Below, one piece after another: positions 1-13,079 of a stretch of DNA of 64,000 nt (the first letter of the stretch is position 1; each line of letters starts with the position of its first letter). The stretch is from contig CM119267.1 of NCBI GenBank assembly GCA_051294375.1, positions 5,446,578-5,510,577 on the forward strand. The letters run 5' to 3'. This DNA is from Paraspadella gotoi (Eukaryota > Animalia > Chaetognatha). The notes below the pieces were generated by a model, which was not told the DNA's origin, did no database searches, and saw nothing but the letters and a program-made list of their open reading frames with translations. Position numbers and translations under genes: made by a program.

Positions 1-1340
1 TCAGTAAAAAAATCTTAGACGGAAAATGACGACTGTCAGTGCAAATAACGTTCCATTATGTCACACGATTCGTAAAACAGATCCATCGAATTTACCAATC
101 GGTCATGCTCGAAATATTTTTCAATAAATCAGGTGCCCTGAGCATTAGTCCAATTCGACATGCAAGTTTGAAATCCGTAGAAAAAAAATCACAGGTTTGC
201 GAAGGGAGTACGTAATACTAAAAACTATCGAACCGAGATGGCAATTTTTTTAAATTAATGTTTGATTACTTCTAGGAATGATCCACATAAAATAATTTGG
301 GTCAAGATTGAATGAAAAATTAAACAAATGTTTAACTTGATTTCCAAACAGTTTTATCAAAGTTCAAAATTAAAAATCAGAATCAACAACTGATATCTTT
401 CACTATCATTTAAGTTCGGAAAAAAATTTGATCTACGATCATTAATTAATAAGTAATAAGTGATTATAAATAAAATGGCAGCAGCCGTGAAACAATGTCA
501 GAGCGACGTCTCGCCAGAACTTATTTTAAACTAGTAAATGTTAAAAAATATTAAACAAAAACATAAAATGCAACGAAATTTGTGCTTATCACGTAAATTC
601 AAAGTTTCGAAACTATAATTAAATGAAAAAAATTATAAAATCTTTTGGAAAATCACGTATTCTGTAAATTTTGCATAACTGGCTTATTTATTTTTTAAAT
701 AATAGAATAATCATAAATTGCTCAGGCCAGATAGAAAAAAATTGAAAAAAGAAATATAGAAATATCGTGAAAGACTAGTCTGATGTCGAATATATATAAT
801 CGCAATTAATAGGCATTGCAATCCGCCACTAAAAATGCGCGATGACATAAAATTCAATAATTCTTAATCCCCAAAACAATTAGATTAGGTGATGCTATTT
901 GAACTAAAAATTGCATTGTTTGTCCTAACTGCTTTAACTGTTGCACGCTTTTGCTGACCGTGGACTACATTTGATAGAGCCTTGTTTCTTTAAGGACAAT
1001 AAAGATTAAAAAAAAAAACCCGATTCAAATAGCACCACCCACCACGGAAGTCATTTAAGAAAACACGGGTCCAAATAAATAAATCTTTTCACGAACATAA
1101 ATAAGATATCTTTTCACTCTGGAACAAATATTACCTCTTAATAAACAAAGATTCATAAAATCTTGAAACGAGAATCGAAAGCTACAGCTACACTAAGGGC
1201 GAATTTGACATTATTCCATGACAAACAAAAGTATAGATAACTTTGATTTTAAAGTTGAAAAAGAGAAATGCGACCCGCCACGAAGCGTAAGCGACAAACA
1301 AATTTTGTAAAAAATAAAACCAATACCCATCTGAATTTCG

Positions 1341-3466
1341 TCACTTAAAGCAATTGGCTTCGGTCGGGGTATCGTGGAGGCAACGCCTTCGTCTCGGGAC
1401 GATATCCACATCTTCGTCGATCAACCAATCGTTGACCATTTTCTCGTTGTCGTTGTCGTCCCGAAAAGACGAGACGAAAGCGGCGATGTTCGCGCCCTCA
1501 ACCGGGCCATTACTTTGATGCTCATCCGCGGTTCTATCGTCGAGATTAAAACGCGGTCTCGACCGAGAATTGACGTCTTCGATGACGAAGTGCTTCGGAC
1601 TTTCCTCCGATCCGAAACCCAGCAATGGGGTGCTGGAGCGGATGCGTTGGCGCAGGTTTTCGCACTTTTCCTGCGCCATCTCGTAGAGTTTCTCTGGCTG
1701 CGGTAAGTGCATTAGAAGGTTGTTGTTGCAATGATGCAAGTGCATGAGCAACTTGTCCAAGGTATCCTGGTCGTAAAGGGACATGCGCCACGAGTCGATG
1801 ACGACGACGAGCACTGAGAACGCCATGACTATGGCGACGGCGCCGAGAGACCAATCGTAGCAACCCGCGTCCACAGATTCCGGATCTCGGGTTATCCTTT
1901 CACGGTAGTCGTCTAAAATGGCGTTCATCTGCACGTTCGTTGCCAGAATGCCAAAGATGTGAAATAGTTGGTGCGAGTGACCTTTGGAGAGGAGAAAGTT
2001 CTCTTTCAAAGTTATGTATCCGTAACATTGAATAGTGAAATTGACTCTCACCGAGGATGTCGAATCTTCCCGGGGCGAACCGTTCGGGAAAATGGGCGGC
2101 ATAGAGAAGAGCCGTGAGAATGACCAAAAGAAATTGGCGGGCGTGAGATGAGGTAGCGCTGGCGCAGAGAGACTCGGGGTCGAAGCAGGTCGTCGTAAAA
2201 AAACGAATCAACAGCGGAATCGAATCCCAAACGTAAGGAAGGGAGAAGGCTGAGAAAGGGTGGAGGATAAAGGAAAGAAAGAGTTAACAAAAACCTACCA
2301 CCAGGTCTTGCAACAGGATTACTTTTTAAATATAAATATTAAATAAAATTATCTACTACTGTAGTCTCACGGCAAGTATCTTTTTAAATGTTAATAAAAT
2401 TCTATGAAATCTCACCCGTTAGACGGAAAATTTTGCAAAGTTTATGATATTCGATGAATCGTGATTCGCAAGAGAGAATGACGCTCACGCACGCGTTAAA
2501 AATGGCGATCGGAATAAATATGTCAGAATAACGAGTGTTGCGTAAAATTGGTGGGAAGGAGTAGGCCTTGGAAATTAAATGGGAGGAATAATAATAATAA
2601 ATAATAATAATAAATAATAATAATAATAATATTTCTTTTGTTTCCCACTCAGTTTTTAGTTCTCACGTATGATAGGAATTTATTTTCCTAGCGAATAACA
2701 GCCAAGCCCCTTTCATCGAATCCCCTACCCGATAGCCAATGGCTGCGCCGAGAGAGTAAGTCGCGATGCCCGCGTAGTCGCAAAAGAAACAAATGTGTCG
2801 CCATCGTGATGACATGGAAGATAAGGCGTGGGCGATAGAGGAGGTAATCGGGTAGGCGCAGCACGTGATCATAAATGCAAGCAGAGGCCACGTTGTTGAA
2901 TCTCTGCGAAAGTCGAGTCGAGTCGACAGAGAAACGATACGCCAAAGAAAGAACCAAAAAGGAAGAAAATGCGTCCAAAAGTTCAGCATCTGCAAAAACG
3001 AAGAAATTTTAAAAGGCGAGTGACAGCGAGAAACTTGAAGACTCTTGTTTTCAAGTATCTCGTCCACGCTCACCTCGTTATTAAGTCCGAAACAATACAA
3101 TAGGCTCTGGACGAAAGAGGCTTTCGGCGAGCGGTAGCCAGAAATGATATAAAGCTCCTTAAAATGGGGAGGGACCCCGTGAACGTCGTAAGTCTCATCG
3201 CGTTGCGTCGACATTTCCGATAATTTGACGTCTAAGTCGTCGAGTTTTGCAGCCGCTTGCAATCTGACGTAGTCCAGGGGGTATTTGGAAAGTTGTTAGG
3301 TTCATACGTAATATATTATATTGATATATCAACTATATTACTTGGCTCGAGATACAGCTTTGGTGAGGGTGGCGTCGATGTCCTCCAGTTTTGCAGCCGC
3401 TCTGAGTCTCGCCTCCTCTACCGCCGCTTTGATCGTCTCCTTGGATTTTTTCGGTGAAAAACTCAT
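1341..3466 (-). CDS. PAQR-family (HlyIII) 7TM protein, membrane progestin receptor (PAQR5/6)-like; 6 exons approx. 3466-3342, 3263-3074, 2989-2729, 2566-2416, 2249-2052, 1981-1341
   Basis: PAQR motifs VPPHFKELYIISGYR, NEMLNFWTH, SSIAH, FFCDYAGI, FPERFAPGRFDILGHSHQLFH. Exons join in frame across GT-AG introns. Confidence 0.9.
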
Positions 3467-4564
3467 TTTTTCTTCGTGGATCCAAAGCGCGGCAAGGGGA
3501 CTTTTACTACGTCGACGTTCGACGGATTCGAAAGCGTCGAGTTTTTATGAATCGCATGAGTCTTACTCTTAGTTAAAAAGAGTATCTCTCTTTATTCTAA
3601 AGTATTTTGCCGTCTCAGAGGCATCACGACGAGTTTCCGCCGGTACGATCCGACGCTTAGATTCGACTCCGGTGAAGTACAGACCAAACTTTCGTTATAA
3701 GGAACAACTTCTAAATAAAACGCACAATATAAAAGAATAACACATTTGAACTTGAACATAATTAAAAAGGTTTCAAAAATTACGAAACAAACCGAAATTA
3801 CTCAAACGTAGTGAATACTAATCATAAATGTTACCTTAACTTTGGGGCGACAATCACGGACTAATATCTATATTGGTTAAAATATAAACTACTGAAGCGA
3901 ATTCAAATGAATGACGATTGACGAATATTATATCCCGTGAAGAATAAAATTAAAATAACGAATTCAATTAAATTCTTAAGCCAAGATTAACAAATAACTA
4001 CGCAGTGCAGTAAGGTTGTTAACCCTTCAAAGAACATCACTTTCAAGTTTTAGGCTCTGACATGACGTTTCGTTGTAAAAAAAATACGTAAGGCTAATGA
4101 GTAATTTCATTCCGTCCACTTTAGTACAATTTCAATTTAATCCAAATCCTACACCAATTCGACCACGTCGAAATACTTCTTTTAAATGATAAGACAAATA
4201 AAAAAAGACATGCATCATTGACATACCCCGCGAGCCAAATCATTGACACGAAGAGAAATCGAGAAAAACAATTTTTTTTATTAGATAGAAAAATGTTCTA
4301 AAGCCATTTTAACCAATATTTTGGACATTTCAATCATGGGTATATAATAAAATTTTCTTAATGATTGCGATGTCACGTATCATTAATTTTTATTTCGTGT
4401 CAATTGATTTGGCTCACGGGTAGAACAAGGAAACCAATAATAGTTTTTACATTATATCCGGCTCTGGGTAATTTTTTAATTATGAAAAGCTTACTGACAT
4501 TGCCAGTATTCCATAAACATTGGCGACCTCTTAGAAAACATGAACCGCTTTTATTCCCCAATTC

Positions 4565-5059
4565 CTATGGGTTGAATTGATTCGGCCCGGCGTTGGACAA
4601 GGCGATTCCGATAATGATTCCATAGAGGACGAGAGTGATAACGATGAGGCCGAGCCCGATGCCGAGACCAAGCAGAGAAAACTTCTTGGCCTGCTGACTG
4701 TTGGTGACCGCGTTTTCGCGGTCTCCACGCATGCGTGCCGCTCGACACTCGCTCGACTTGAGGATGGCCACGACTCCGAGGGGCAAACAGCAACAGACGG
4801 TGACCAGGATAGCCATTACAAGATGATCGGGGGCCTCGTGCTCCGGAATTACAGGCGCCTGCACGTAGACTACCTGAGGCTGACCTACGACCGGAGCCGA
4901 CTGGTTGCCTTGAATCATGTAGCCGGCCGGAGGCGCCGTATAAACAGGCGCGTTGGGCGCCAAGACGGGGGGCGCCATCGGGGGAGGCATCGGCTGATTG
5001 GCCACCTCGTTATACTGAGGTGGCTGATCCTCCTCCAGCTTGTTGTACTTGTCGGCCAT
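4565..5059 (-). CDS. CD225/dispanin family membrane protein (PRRT/IFITM-like), intronless
   Basis: Pro/Tyr-rich N-terminus, then APDHLVMAILVTVCCCLPLGVVAILKS...GD...A...S..AKK and a C-terminal hydrophobic helix, the typical CD225 layout. Confidence 0.9.
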   Translation of the reverse strand: MADKYNKLEEDQPPQYNEVANQPMPPPMAPPVLAPNAPVYTAPPAGYMIQGNQSAPVVGQPQVVYVQAPVIPEHEAPDHLVMAILVTVCCCLPLGVVAILKSSECRAARMRGDRENAVTNSQQAKKFSLLGLGIGLGLIVITLVLYGIIIGIALSNAGPNQFNP

Positions 5060-5632
5060 TCTTTGGTTGGTGACGGAAACGCAGCAGTAACGTACGAAAA
5101 TTAGATCTGAACAAGAAAACAGCGGTTGTACGTTATACTAAGCCACTTTCCGTGAGCCAAATAGCGGCTCGCTTGCATACGTCGAGTAAAATTCAGGCTG
5201 GTAAAGTTGGCCAATCAATGAAATTAACATTCTTTGTCAATGAATGAAAACATGCGTAAGACGCATTTAGGAGTCACCTGTAAAAACCGTTTATGACGAG
5301 TCAATTGTCAAAAGAATTGCTCAATAATTTCCAAACGATGAATATGTAGACTCTGTTTTGACGAGTAGCTTGACCCAGGATCGCAGACGAATGTTTTGAT
5401 CGCGTAAACAAAAGTAAATCTGAATCGAGGCCTCGAGTCGAGAGACTTTTCATCCGCGACGATGGAATTGGGAGAACAAATGAACAGCGAGATGAGATTG
5501 GCTCGANNNNNNNNNNNNNNNNNNNNNNNNNACACTTTCCTACCCACATACAAAATTTCAAGTCAGTGAATTATAGAGCCGAGATCTGCTGTAAGCTAAA
5601 AATAAGACTGAATAACAATCATGCCGACCAAC

Positions 5633-5959
5633 CTCCCGGCGAGACTACCATCCAAAGTTGTCAGCAGGCTGTCGACAACTTGATGCGCCTTTGGGGGCCA
5701 CATCATGTCGGCCGGTTCGATTTTCACAGTCAAAACGTCTAAGCCCTTTTCGTTGTAGTAGTCGCGGAACTTTCCTAAGGCGCTGGACTTCGCCAGAAGC
5801 CAAGAGTATATGACGACAACGGGGGGCACCTCGCCGAAACGATCGTTGGCTCGAACATTTAATTGCAAGTTTTGGTCAACTTTGTCACTGAGGAGAGTTC
5901 GCCGTTTTTGGCTATTTGGGAAAGCTCCCTTTTCCAGAAAGTCCTCGTCCATAGGTTCC
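5633..5959 (-). CDS. Internal exon of a TMEM53-like (DUF829) gene; the rest is lost in the adjacent gap or outside the window
   Basis: PVVVIYSWLLAKSSALGKFRDYYNEKGLDVLTVKIEPADMMWP resembles the DUF829/TMEM53 N-terminal motif. Flanked by a cag acceptor and a GTTGGT donor. Confidence 0.65.
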
Positions 5960-7367
5960 TGGCAAACATAACTATTGTAAAAATGGAAGAAAAATATATT
6001 ATGTTCGCATCTTCAGATTACATTGATCAGTAAAAAAATCTTAGACGGAAAATGACGACTGTCAGTGCAAATAACGTTCCATTATGTCACACGATTCGTA
6101 AAACAGATCCATCGAATTTACCAATCGGTCATGCTCGAAATATTTTTTCAATAAATCAGGTGCCCTGAGCATTAGTCCAATTCGACATGCAAGTTTGAAA
6201 TCCGTAGAAAAAAAATCACAGGTTTGCGAAGGGAGTACGTAATACTAAAAACTATCGAACCGAGATGGCAATTTTTTTAAATTAATGTTTGATTACTTCT
6301 AGGAATGATCCACATAAAATAATTTGGGTCAAGATTGAATGAAAAATTAAACAAATGTTTAACTTGATTTCCAAACAGTTTTATCAAAGTTCAAAATTAA
6401 AAATCAGAATCAACAACTGATATCTTTCACTATCATTTAAGTTCGGAAAAAAATTTGATCTACGATCATTAATTAATAAGTAATAAGTGATTATAAATAA
6501 AATGGCAGCAGCCGTGAAACAATTCAGAGCGACGTCTCGCCAGAACTTATTTTAAACTAGTAAATGTTAAAAAATATTAAACAAAAACATAAAATGCAAC
6601 GAAATTTGTGCTTATCACGTAAATTCAAAGTTTCGAAACTATAATTAAATGAAAAAAATTATAAAATCTTTTGGAAAATCACGTATTCTTGTAAATTTTG
6701 CATAACTGGCTTATTTATTTTTTAAATAATAGAATAATTCATAAATTGCTCAGGCCAGATAGAAAAAAATTGAAAAAAGAAATATAGAAATATCGTGAAA
6801 GACTAGTCTGATGTCGAATATATATAATCGCAATTAATAGGCATTGCAATCCGCCACTAAAAATGCGCGATGACATAAAATTCAATAATTCTTAATCCCA
6901 AAACAATTAGATTAGGTGATGCTATTTGAACTAAAAATTGCATTGTTTGTCCTAACTGCTTTAACTGTTGCACGCTTTTGCTGACCGTGGACTACATTTG
7001 ATAGAGCCTTGTTTCTTTAAGGACCATAAAGATTAAAAAAAAAAAAACCGATTCAAATAGCACCACCCACCACGGAAGTCATTTAAGAAAACACGGGTCC
7101 AAATAAATAAATCTTTTCACGAACATAAATAAGATATCTTTTCACTCTGGAACAAATATTACCTCTTAATAAACAAAGATTCATAAAATCTTGAAACGAG
7201 AATCGAAAGCTACAGCTACACTAAGGGCGAATTTGACATTATTCCATGACAAACAAAAGTATAGATAACTTTGATTTTAAAGTTGAAAAAGAGAAATGCG
7301 CCCGCCACGAAGCGTAAGCGACAAACAAATTTTGTAAAAAATAAAACCAATACCCATCTGAATTTCG

Positions 7368-8637
7368 TCACTTAAAGCAATTGGCTTCGGTCGGGGTATC
7401 GTGGAGGCAACGCCTTCGTCTCGGGACGATATCCACATCTTCGTCGATCAACCAATCGTTGACCATTTTCTCGTTGTCGTTGTCGTCCCGAAAAGACGAG
7501 ACGAAAGCGGCGATGTTCGCGCCCTCAACCGGGCCATTACTTTGATGCTCATCCGCGGTTCTATCGTCGAGATTAAAACGCGGTCTCGACCGAGAATTGA
7601 CGTCTTCGATGACGAAGTGCTTCGGACTTTCCTCCGATCCGAAACCCAGCAATGGGGTGCTGGAGCGGATGCGTTGGCGCAGGTTTTCGCACTTTTCCTG
7701 CGCCATCTCGTAGAGTTTCTCTGGCTGCGGTAAGTGCATGAGAAGGTTGTTGTTGCAATGATGCAAGTGCATGAGCAACTTGTCCAAGGTATCCTGGTCG
7801 TAAAGGGACATGCGCCACGAGTCGATGACGACGACGAGCACTGAGAACGCCATGACTATGGCGACGGCGCCGAGAGACCAATCGTAGCAACCCGCGTCCA
7901 CAGATTCCGGATCTCGGGTTATCCTTTCACGGTAGTCGTCTAAAATGGCGTTCATCTGCACGTTCGTTGCCAGAATGCCAAAGATGTGAAATAGTTGGTG
8001 CGAGTGACCTTTGGAGAGGAGAAAGTTCTCTTTCAAAGTTATGTATCCGTAACATTATATAGTGAAATTGACACTCACCGAGGATGTCGAATCTTCCCGG
8101 GGCGAACCGTTCGGGAAAATGGGCGGCATAGAGAAGAGCCGTGAGAATGACCAAAAGAAATTGGCGGGCGTGAGATGAGGTAGCGCTGGCGCAGAGAGAC
8201 TCGGGGTCGAAGCAGGTCGTCGTAAAAAAACGAATCAACAGCGGAATCGAATCCCAAACGTAAGGAAGGGAGAAGGCTGAGAAAGGGTGGAGGATAAAGG
8301 AAAGAAAGAGTTAACAAAACCTACCACCAGGTCTTGCAACAGGATTACTTTTTAAATATAAATATTAAATAAAATTATCTACTACTGTAGTCTCACGGCA
8401 GTATCTTTTTAAATGTTAATAAAATTCTATGAAATCTCACCCGTTAGACGGAAAATTTTGCAAAGTTTATGATATTCGATGAATCGTGATTCGCAAGAGA
8501 GAATGACGCTCACGCACGCGTTAAAAATGGCGATCGGAATAAATATGTCAGAATAACGAGTGTTGCGTAAAATTGGTGGGAAGGAGTAGGCCTTGGAAAT
8601 TAAATGGGAGGAATAATAATAATAATAAATAATAATA

Positions 8638-8677
<40 letters not shown>

Positions 8678-9509
8678 TAAAATATTATTTATTTACTATT
8701 TTAGTTCTCACGTATGATAGGAATTTATTTTCTAGCGAATAACAGCCAAGCCCTTTCATCGAATCCCCTACCCGATAGCCAATGGGCTGCGCCGAGAGAG
8801 TAAGTCGCGATGCCCGCGTAGTCGCAAAAGAAACAAATGTGTCGCCATCGTGATGACATGGAAGATAAGGCGTGGGCGATAGAGGAGGTAATCGGGTAGG
8901 CGCAGCACGTGATCATAAATGCAAGCAGAGGCCACGTTGTTGAATCTCTGCGAAAGTCGAGTCGAGTCGACAGAGAAACGATACGCCAAAGAAAGAACCA
9001 AAAAGGAAGAAAATGCGTCCAAAAGTTCAGCATCTGCAAAAACGAAGAAATTTTAAAAGGCGAGTGACAGCGAGAAACTTGAAGACTCTTGTTTTCAAGT
9101 ATCTCGTCCACGCTCACCTCGTTATTAAGTCCGAAACAATACAATAGGCTCTGGACGAAAGAGGCTTTCGGCGAGCGGTAGCCAGAAATGATATAAAGCT
9201 CCTTAAAATGGGGAGGGACCCCGTGAACGTCGTAAGTCTCATCGCGTTGCGTCGACATTTCCGATAATTTGACGTCTAAGTCGTCGAGTTTTGCAGCCGC
9301 TTGCAATCTGACGTGTCCAGGGGGTATTTGGAAAGTTGTTAGGTTCATACGTAATATATTATATTGATATATCAACTATATTACTTGGCTCGAGATACAG
9401 CTTTGGTGAGGGTGGCGTCGATGTCCTCCAGTTTTGCAGCCGCTCTGAGTCTCGCCTCCTCTACCGCCGCTTTGATCGTCTCCTTGGATTTTTTCGGTGA
9501 AAAACTCAT
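7368..9509 (-). CDS. PAQR-family gene, duplicate copy, with an apparent 1-bp frameshift near 8785
   Basis: Same exons as 1341-3466. An extra G (aatgggctgc versus aatggctgc) turns GAAIGYR into GAAHWLS. Confidence 0.8.
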
Positions 9510-10604
9510 TTTTTCTTCGTGGATCCAAAGCGCGGCAAGGGGACTTTACTACGTCGACGTTCGACGATTCGAAAGCGTCGAGTTTTTATGAATCGCATGA
9601 GTCTTACTCTTAGTTAAAAAGAGTATCTCTCTTTATTCTAAAGTATTTTTGCCGTCTCAGAGGCATCACGACGAGTTTCCGCCGGTACGATCCGACGCTT
9701 AGATTCGACTCCGGTGAAGTACAGACCAAACTTTCGTTATAAGGAACAACTTCTAAATAAAACGCACAATATAAAAGAATAACACATTTGAACTTGAACA
9801 TAATTAAAAAGGTTTCAAAAATTACGAAACAAACCGAAATTACTCAAACGTAGTGAATACTAATCATAAATGTTACCTTAACTTTGGGGCGACAATCACG
9901 GACTAATATCTATATTGGTTAAAATATAAACTACTGAAGCGAATTCAAATGAATGACGATTGACGAATATTATATCCCGTGAAGAATAAAATTAAATAAC
10001 GAATTCAATTAATTCTTAAGCCAAGATTAACAAATAACTACGCAGTGCAGTAAGGTTGTTAACCCTTCAAAGAACATCACTTTCAAGTTTTAGGCTCTGA
10101 CATGACTTCGTTGTAAAAAAAATACGTAAGGCTAATGAGTAATTTCATTCCGTCCACTTTAGTACAATTTCAATTTAATCCAAATCCTACACCAATTCGA
10201 CCACGTCGAAATACTTCATTATTAAATGATAAGACAAATAAAAAAAGACATGCATCATTGAATACCCCGCGAGCCAAATCATTGACACGAAAGAAATCGA
10301 GAAAAACAATTTTTTTTTATTAGATAGAAAAATGTTCTAAAGCCATTTTAACCAATATTTTGGACATTTCAATCATAGGGTATATAATAAAATTTTCTTA
10401 ATGATTGCGATGTCACGTATCATTAATTTTTATTTCGTGTCAATTGATTTGGCTCACGGGTAGAACAAGGAAACCAATAATAGTTTTTAACATATATCCG
10501 GCTCTGGGTAATTTTTTAATTATGAAAAGCCTACTGACATTGCCAGTATTCCATAAACATTGGCGACCTCTTAGAAAACATGAACCGCTTTTATTCCCCA
10601 ATTC

Positions 10605-11099
10605 CTATGGGTTGAATTGATTCGGCCCGGCGTTGGACAAGGCGATTCCGATAATGATTCCATAGAGGACGAGAGTGATAACGATGAGGCCGAGCCCGAT
10701 GCCGAGACCAAGCAGAGAAAACTTCTTGGCCTGCTGACTGTTGGTGACCGCGTTTTCGCGGTCTCCACGCATGCGTGCCGCTCGACACTCGCTCGACTTG
10801 AGGATGGCCACGACTCCGAGGGGCAAACAGCAACAGACGGTGACCAGGATAGCCATTACAAGATGATCGGGGGCCTCGTGCTCCGGAATTACAGGCGCCT
10901 GCACGTAGACTACCTGAGGCTGACCTACGACCGGAGCCGACTGGTTGCCTTGAATCATGTAGCCGGCCGGAGGCGCCGTATAAACAGGCGCGTTGGGCGC
11001 CAAGACGGGGGGCGCCATCGGGGGAGGCATCGGCTGATTGGCCACCTCGTTATACTGAGGTGGCTGATCCTCCTCCAGCTTGTTGTACTTGTCGGCCAT
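10605..11099 (-). CDS. CD225/dispanin family protein, duplicate copy
   Basis: Protein identical to 4565-5059. Confidence 0.88.
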   Translation of the reverse strand: MADKYNKLEEDQPPQYNEVANQPMPPPMAPPVLAPNAPVYTAPPAGYMIQGNQSAPVVGQPQVVYVQAPVIPEHEAPDHLVMAILVTVCCCLPLGVVAILKSSECRAARMRGDRENAVTNSQQAKKFSLLGLGIGLGLIVITLVLYGIIIGIALSNAGPNQFNP

Positions 11100-13079
11100 T
11101 CTTTGGTTGGTGACGGAAACGCAGCAGTAACGTACGAAAATTAGATCTGAACAAGAAAACAGCGGTTGTACGTTATACTAAGCCTACCTTTCCGTGAGCC
11201 AAATAGCGGCTCGCTTGCATACGTCGAGTAAAATTCAGGCTGGTAAAGTTGGCCAATCAATGAAATTAACATTCTTTGTCAATGAATGAAAACATACGTA
11301 AGACGCATTTAGGAGTCACCTGTAAAAACCGTTTATGACGAGTCAATTGTCAAAAGAATTGCTCAATAATTTTCAAAGGATGAATATGTAGACTCTGTTT
11401 TGACGAGTAGCTTGACCAGGATCGCAGACGAATGTTTTGATCGCGTAAACAAAAGTAAATCTGAATCGAGGCCTCGAGTCGAGAGACTTTTCATCCGCGA
11501 CGATGGAATTGGGAGAACAAATGAACAGCGAGATGAGATTGGCTCGAATGGCACGACACTCCCAGTCGCAATCAGACCATCGTTGGCGACATTGATTTGT
11601 AAGTTGGGGGAGACTAACTCAGTAAGGTGGTTAAGAATTGAATTAAGAACCTGCTCAAACGAAAATTTAGACATTTTTAAAAAATTTGAATAGACAAAAT
11701 TTTTTATATTACTCCTATTCCATATTTAATTTTTTAATATTTATTTATAAATAGGAAAGGCTAAAAAATTTTTTGGATTTTTTATTTTTAAGATCGATTC
11801 GGTAGCTTGCAAAAGTTGTCTATACAAGTATAATTCTTTTTCGTATTTTGATCAAAGTATGTGAAAAATATGAAAACTATTTATATCATCATCATCATCA
11901 TTTTTCGATAATTTTATTACTTTTTCTTAATTTTGACCAAGAAAACATAATATTTTTCGAAAGTTGTAGTTAAATTTTTTATTAACTTTTATGCTCTATC
12001 AGAATCCATCAAAAAAAGTTAAGATTGATTAAAAAAATTTTTTATCATTATATAGTAATATTGTAATTTTAATAGACAATAAAAGCATTAAAATTGAACT
12101 TTTTTTAAAAATTCTTTTTTTACCTAAAAGTAGACTTCAAGACTAAAGTTTTGAACCCCCGCCCCTATCGAATTTAATTTCATAGTAGATTTCTATTGTA
12201 AGGACATAAAAACGTTAATCTAGTAAATTTTAATCTAGGTGAGCCAGATAGTAGTACACGTTATTTAGTCAAAGTTTTACCTTATTACCTTAATTTATAA
12301 GTAACCGGTATGCAAGTAACAATTTTTTGGGAAGCCCTATTTTGTTTTCACCTACCCTCGTCTATTTCTAGTTCTAGTCTAGTTCTAGTCTAGTTCTACG
12401 AATATTCTTTCAATCTTTTGTTGACATAAAATTATAAATAATAATGTTTAATTATTAAAATACTAAATTATTATTATCATATTATTATTATCAATATATA
12501 CTAAATAATTTTGAGTAATATCAATATTATTGAATCATTTTTTTATTGAAAATAAAAACACGTTCGAAACTGAAAAATTTATTTAGGTCAGAGAGGCACA
12601 CTCACTAAGCATCTCGTAATCGTTGGAGCAAATTGCTTCATACAAACGTCAAATACGCAAGAATTAATAAAAATTTCAACCAATAATCATTTTTAACATA
12701 GCTCACATAACGTCACGGTCTCAAATTCAATTCCGTCCATACAACGTGATGAAACACTTATACAATTTTTTGTAATAAAAAAAAATGAGAAAAAAAGATT
12801 TATGGACGAGATCACAGACGCGATACTCCATGCAGTTATTTTACTCGGCCGAAAACAAGATAGGTTGAGAGGGGTTGAGAAGGGTGCAGTAGGAAAGAGA
12901 AATGGAGAAAGGTGAAAAAAAAAACATCCACATGGGTTCTTCTTCAAATCGAGTTAAGCGGGGATTTTTTCGAGGTCAGGTGCCACATGTTGTCCGGTCG
13001 GCCGCTTCGGTTCCGTTCCCGACACGATTGATACTTCGACCTAAATACGAGAGGGGGAACTGTTGTCGCAAGCTACTGA

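Larger units (their letters stand above)
1..5506. repeat. Tandem segmental duplication, copy 1 (about 6.03 kb period; left end lies outside the window)
   Basis: Position 1 matches 6027 (tcagtaaaaaaatcttagacgg). Near-identity continues to 5506, matching 11547 (ggctcga), followed by a 25-N gap. ORF translations are repeated. Confidence 0.95.
6027..11547. repeat. Tandem segmental duplication, copy 2
   Basis: Near-identical to 1-5506, differing mostly by single-base indels and (AAT)n length. Confidence 0.95.

Noticed and set aside
4577-5104. 175-aa plus-strand ORF (and its copy at 10617-11144)
   Set aside because: Antisense shadow of the CD225 gene with no independent features.
11283-11621. Possible plus-strand exon head-to-head with the CD225 gene (KDEYVDSVLTSSLTRIADECFDRV..., donor gtaagg)
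   Set aside because: Needs frameshifts to reach a start, the two copies disagree in frame, and there is no recognisable homology or downstream exon.
12285-12345. Sm-site-like AATTTTTTGG suggesting an snRNA or SL RNA
   Set aside because: No matching U-snRNA motifs or convincing flanking stem-loops; such a motif is expected by chance in AT-rich DNA.
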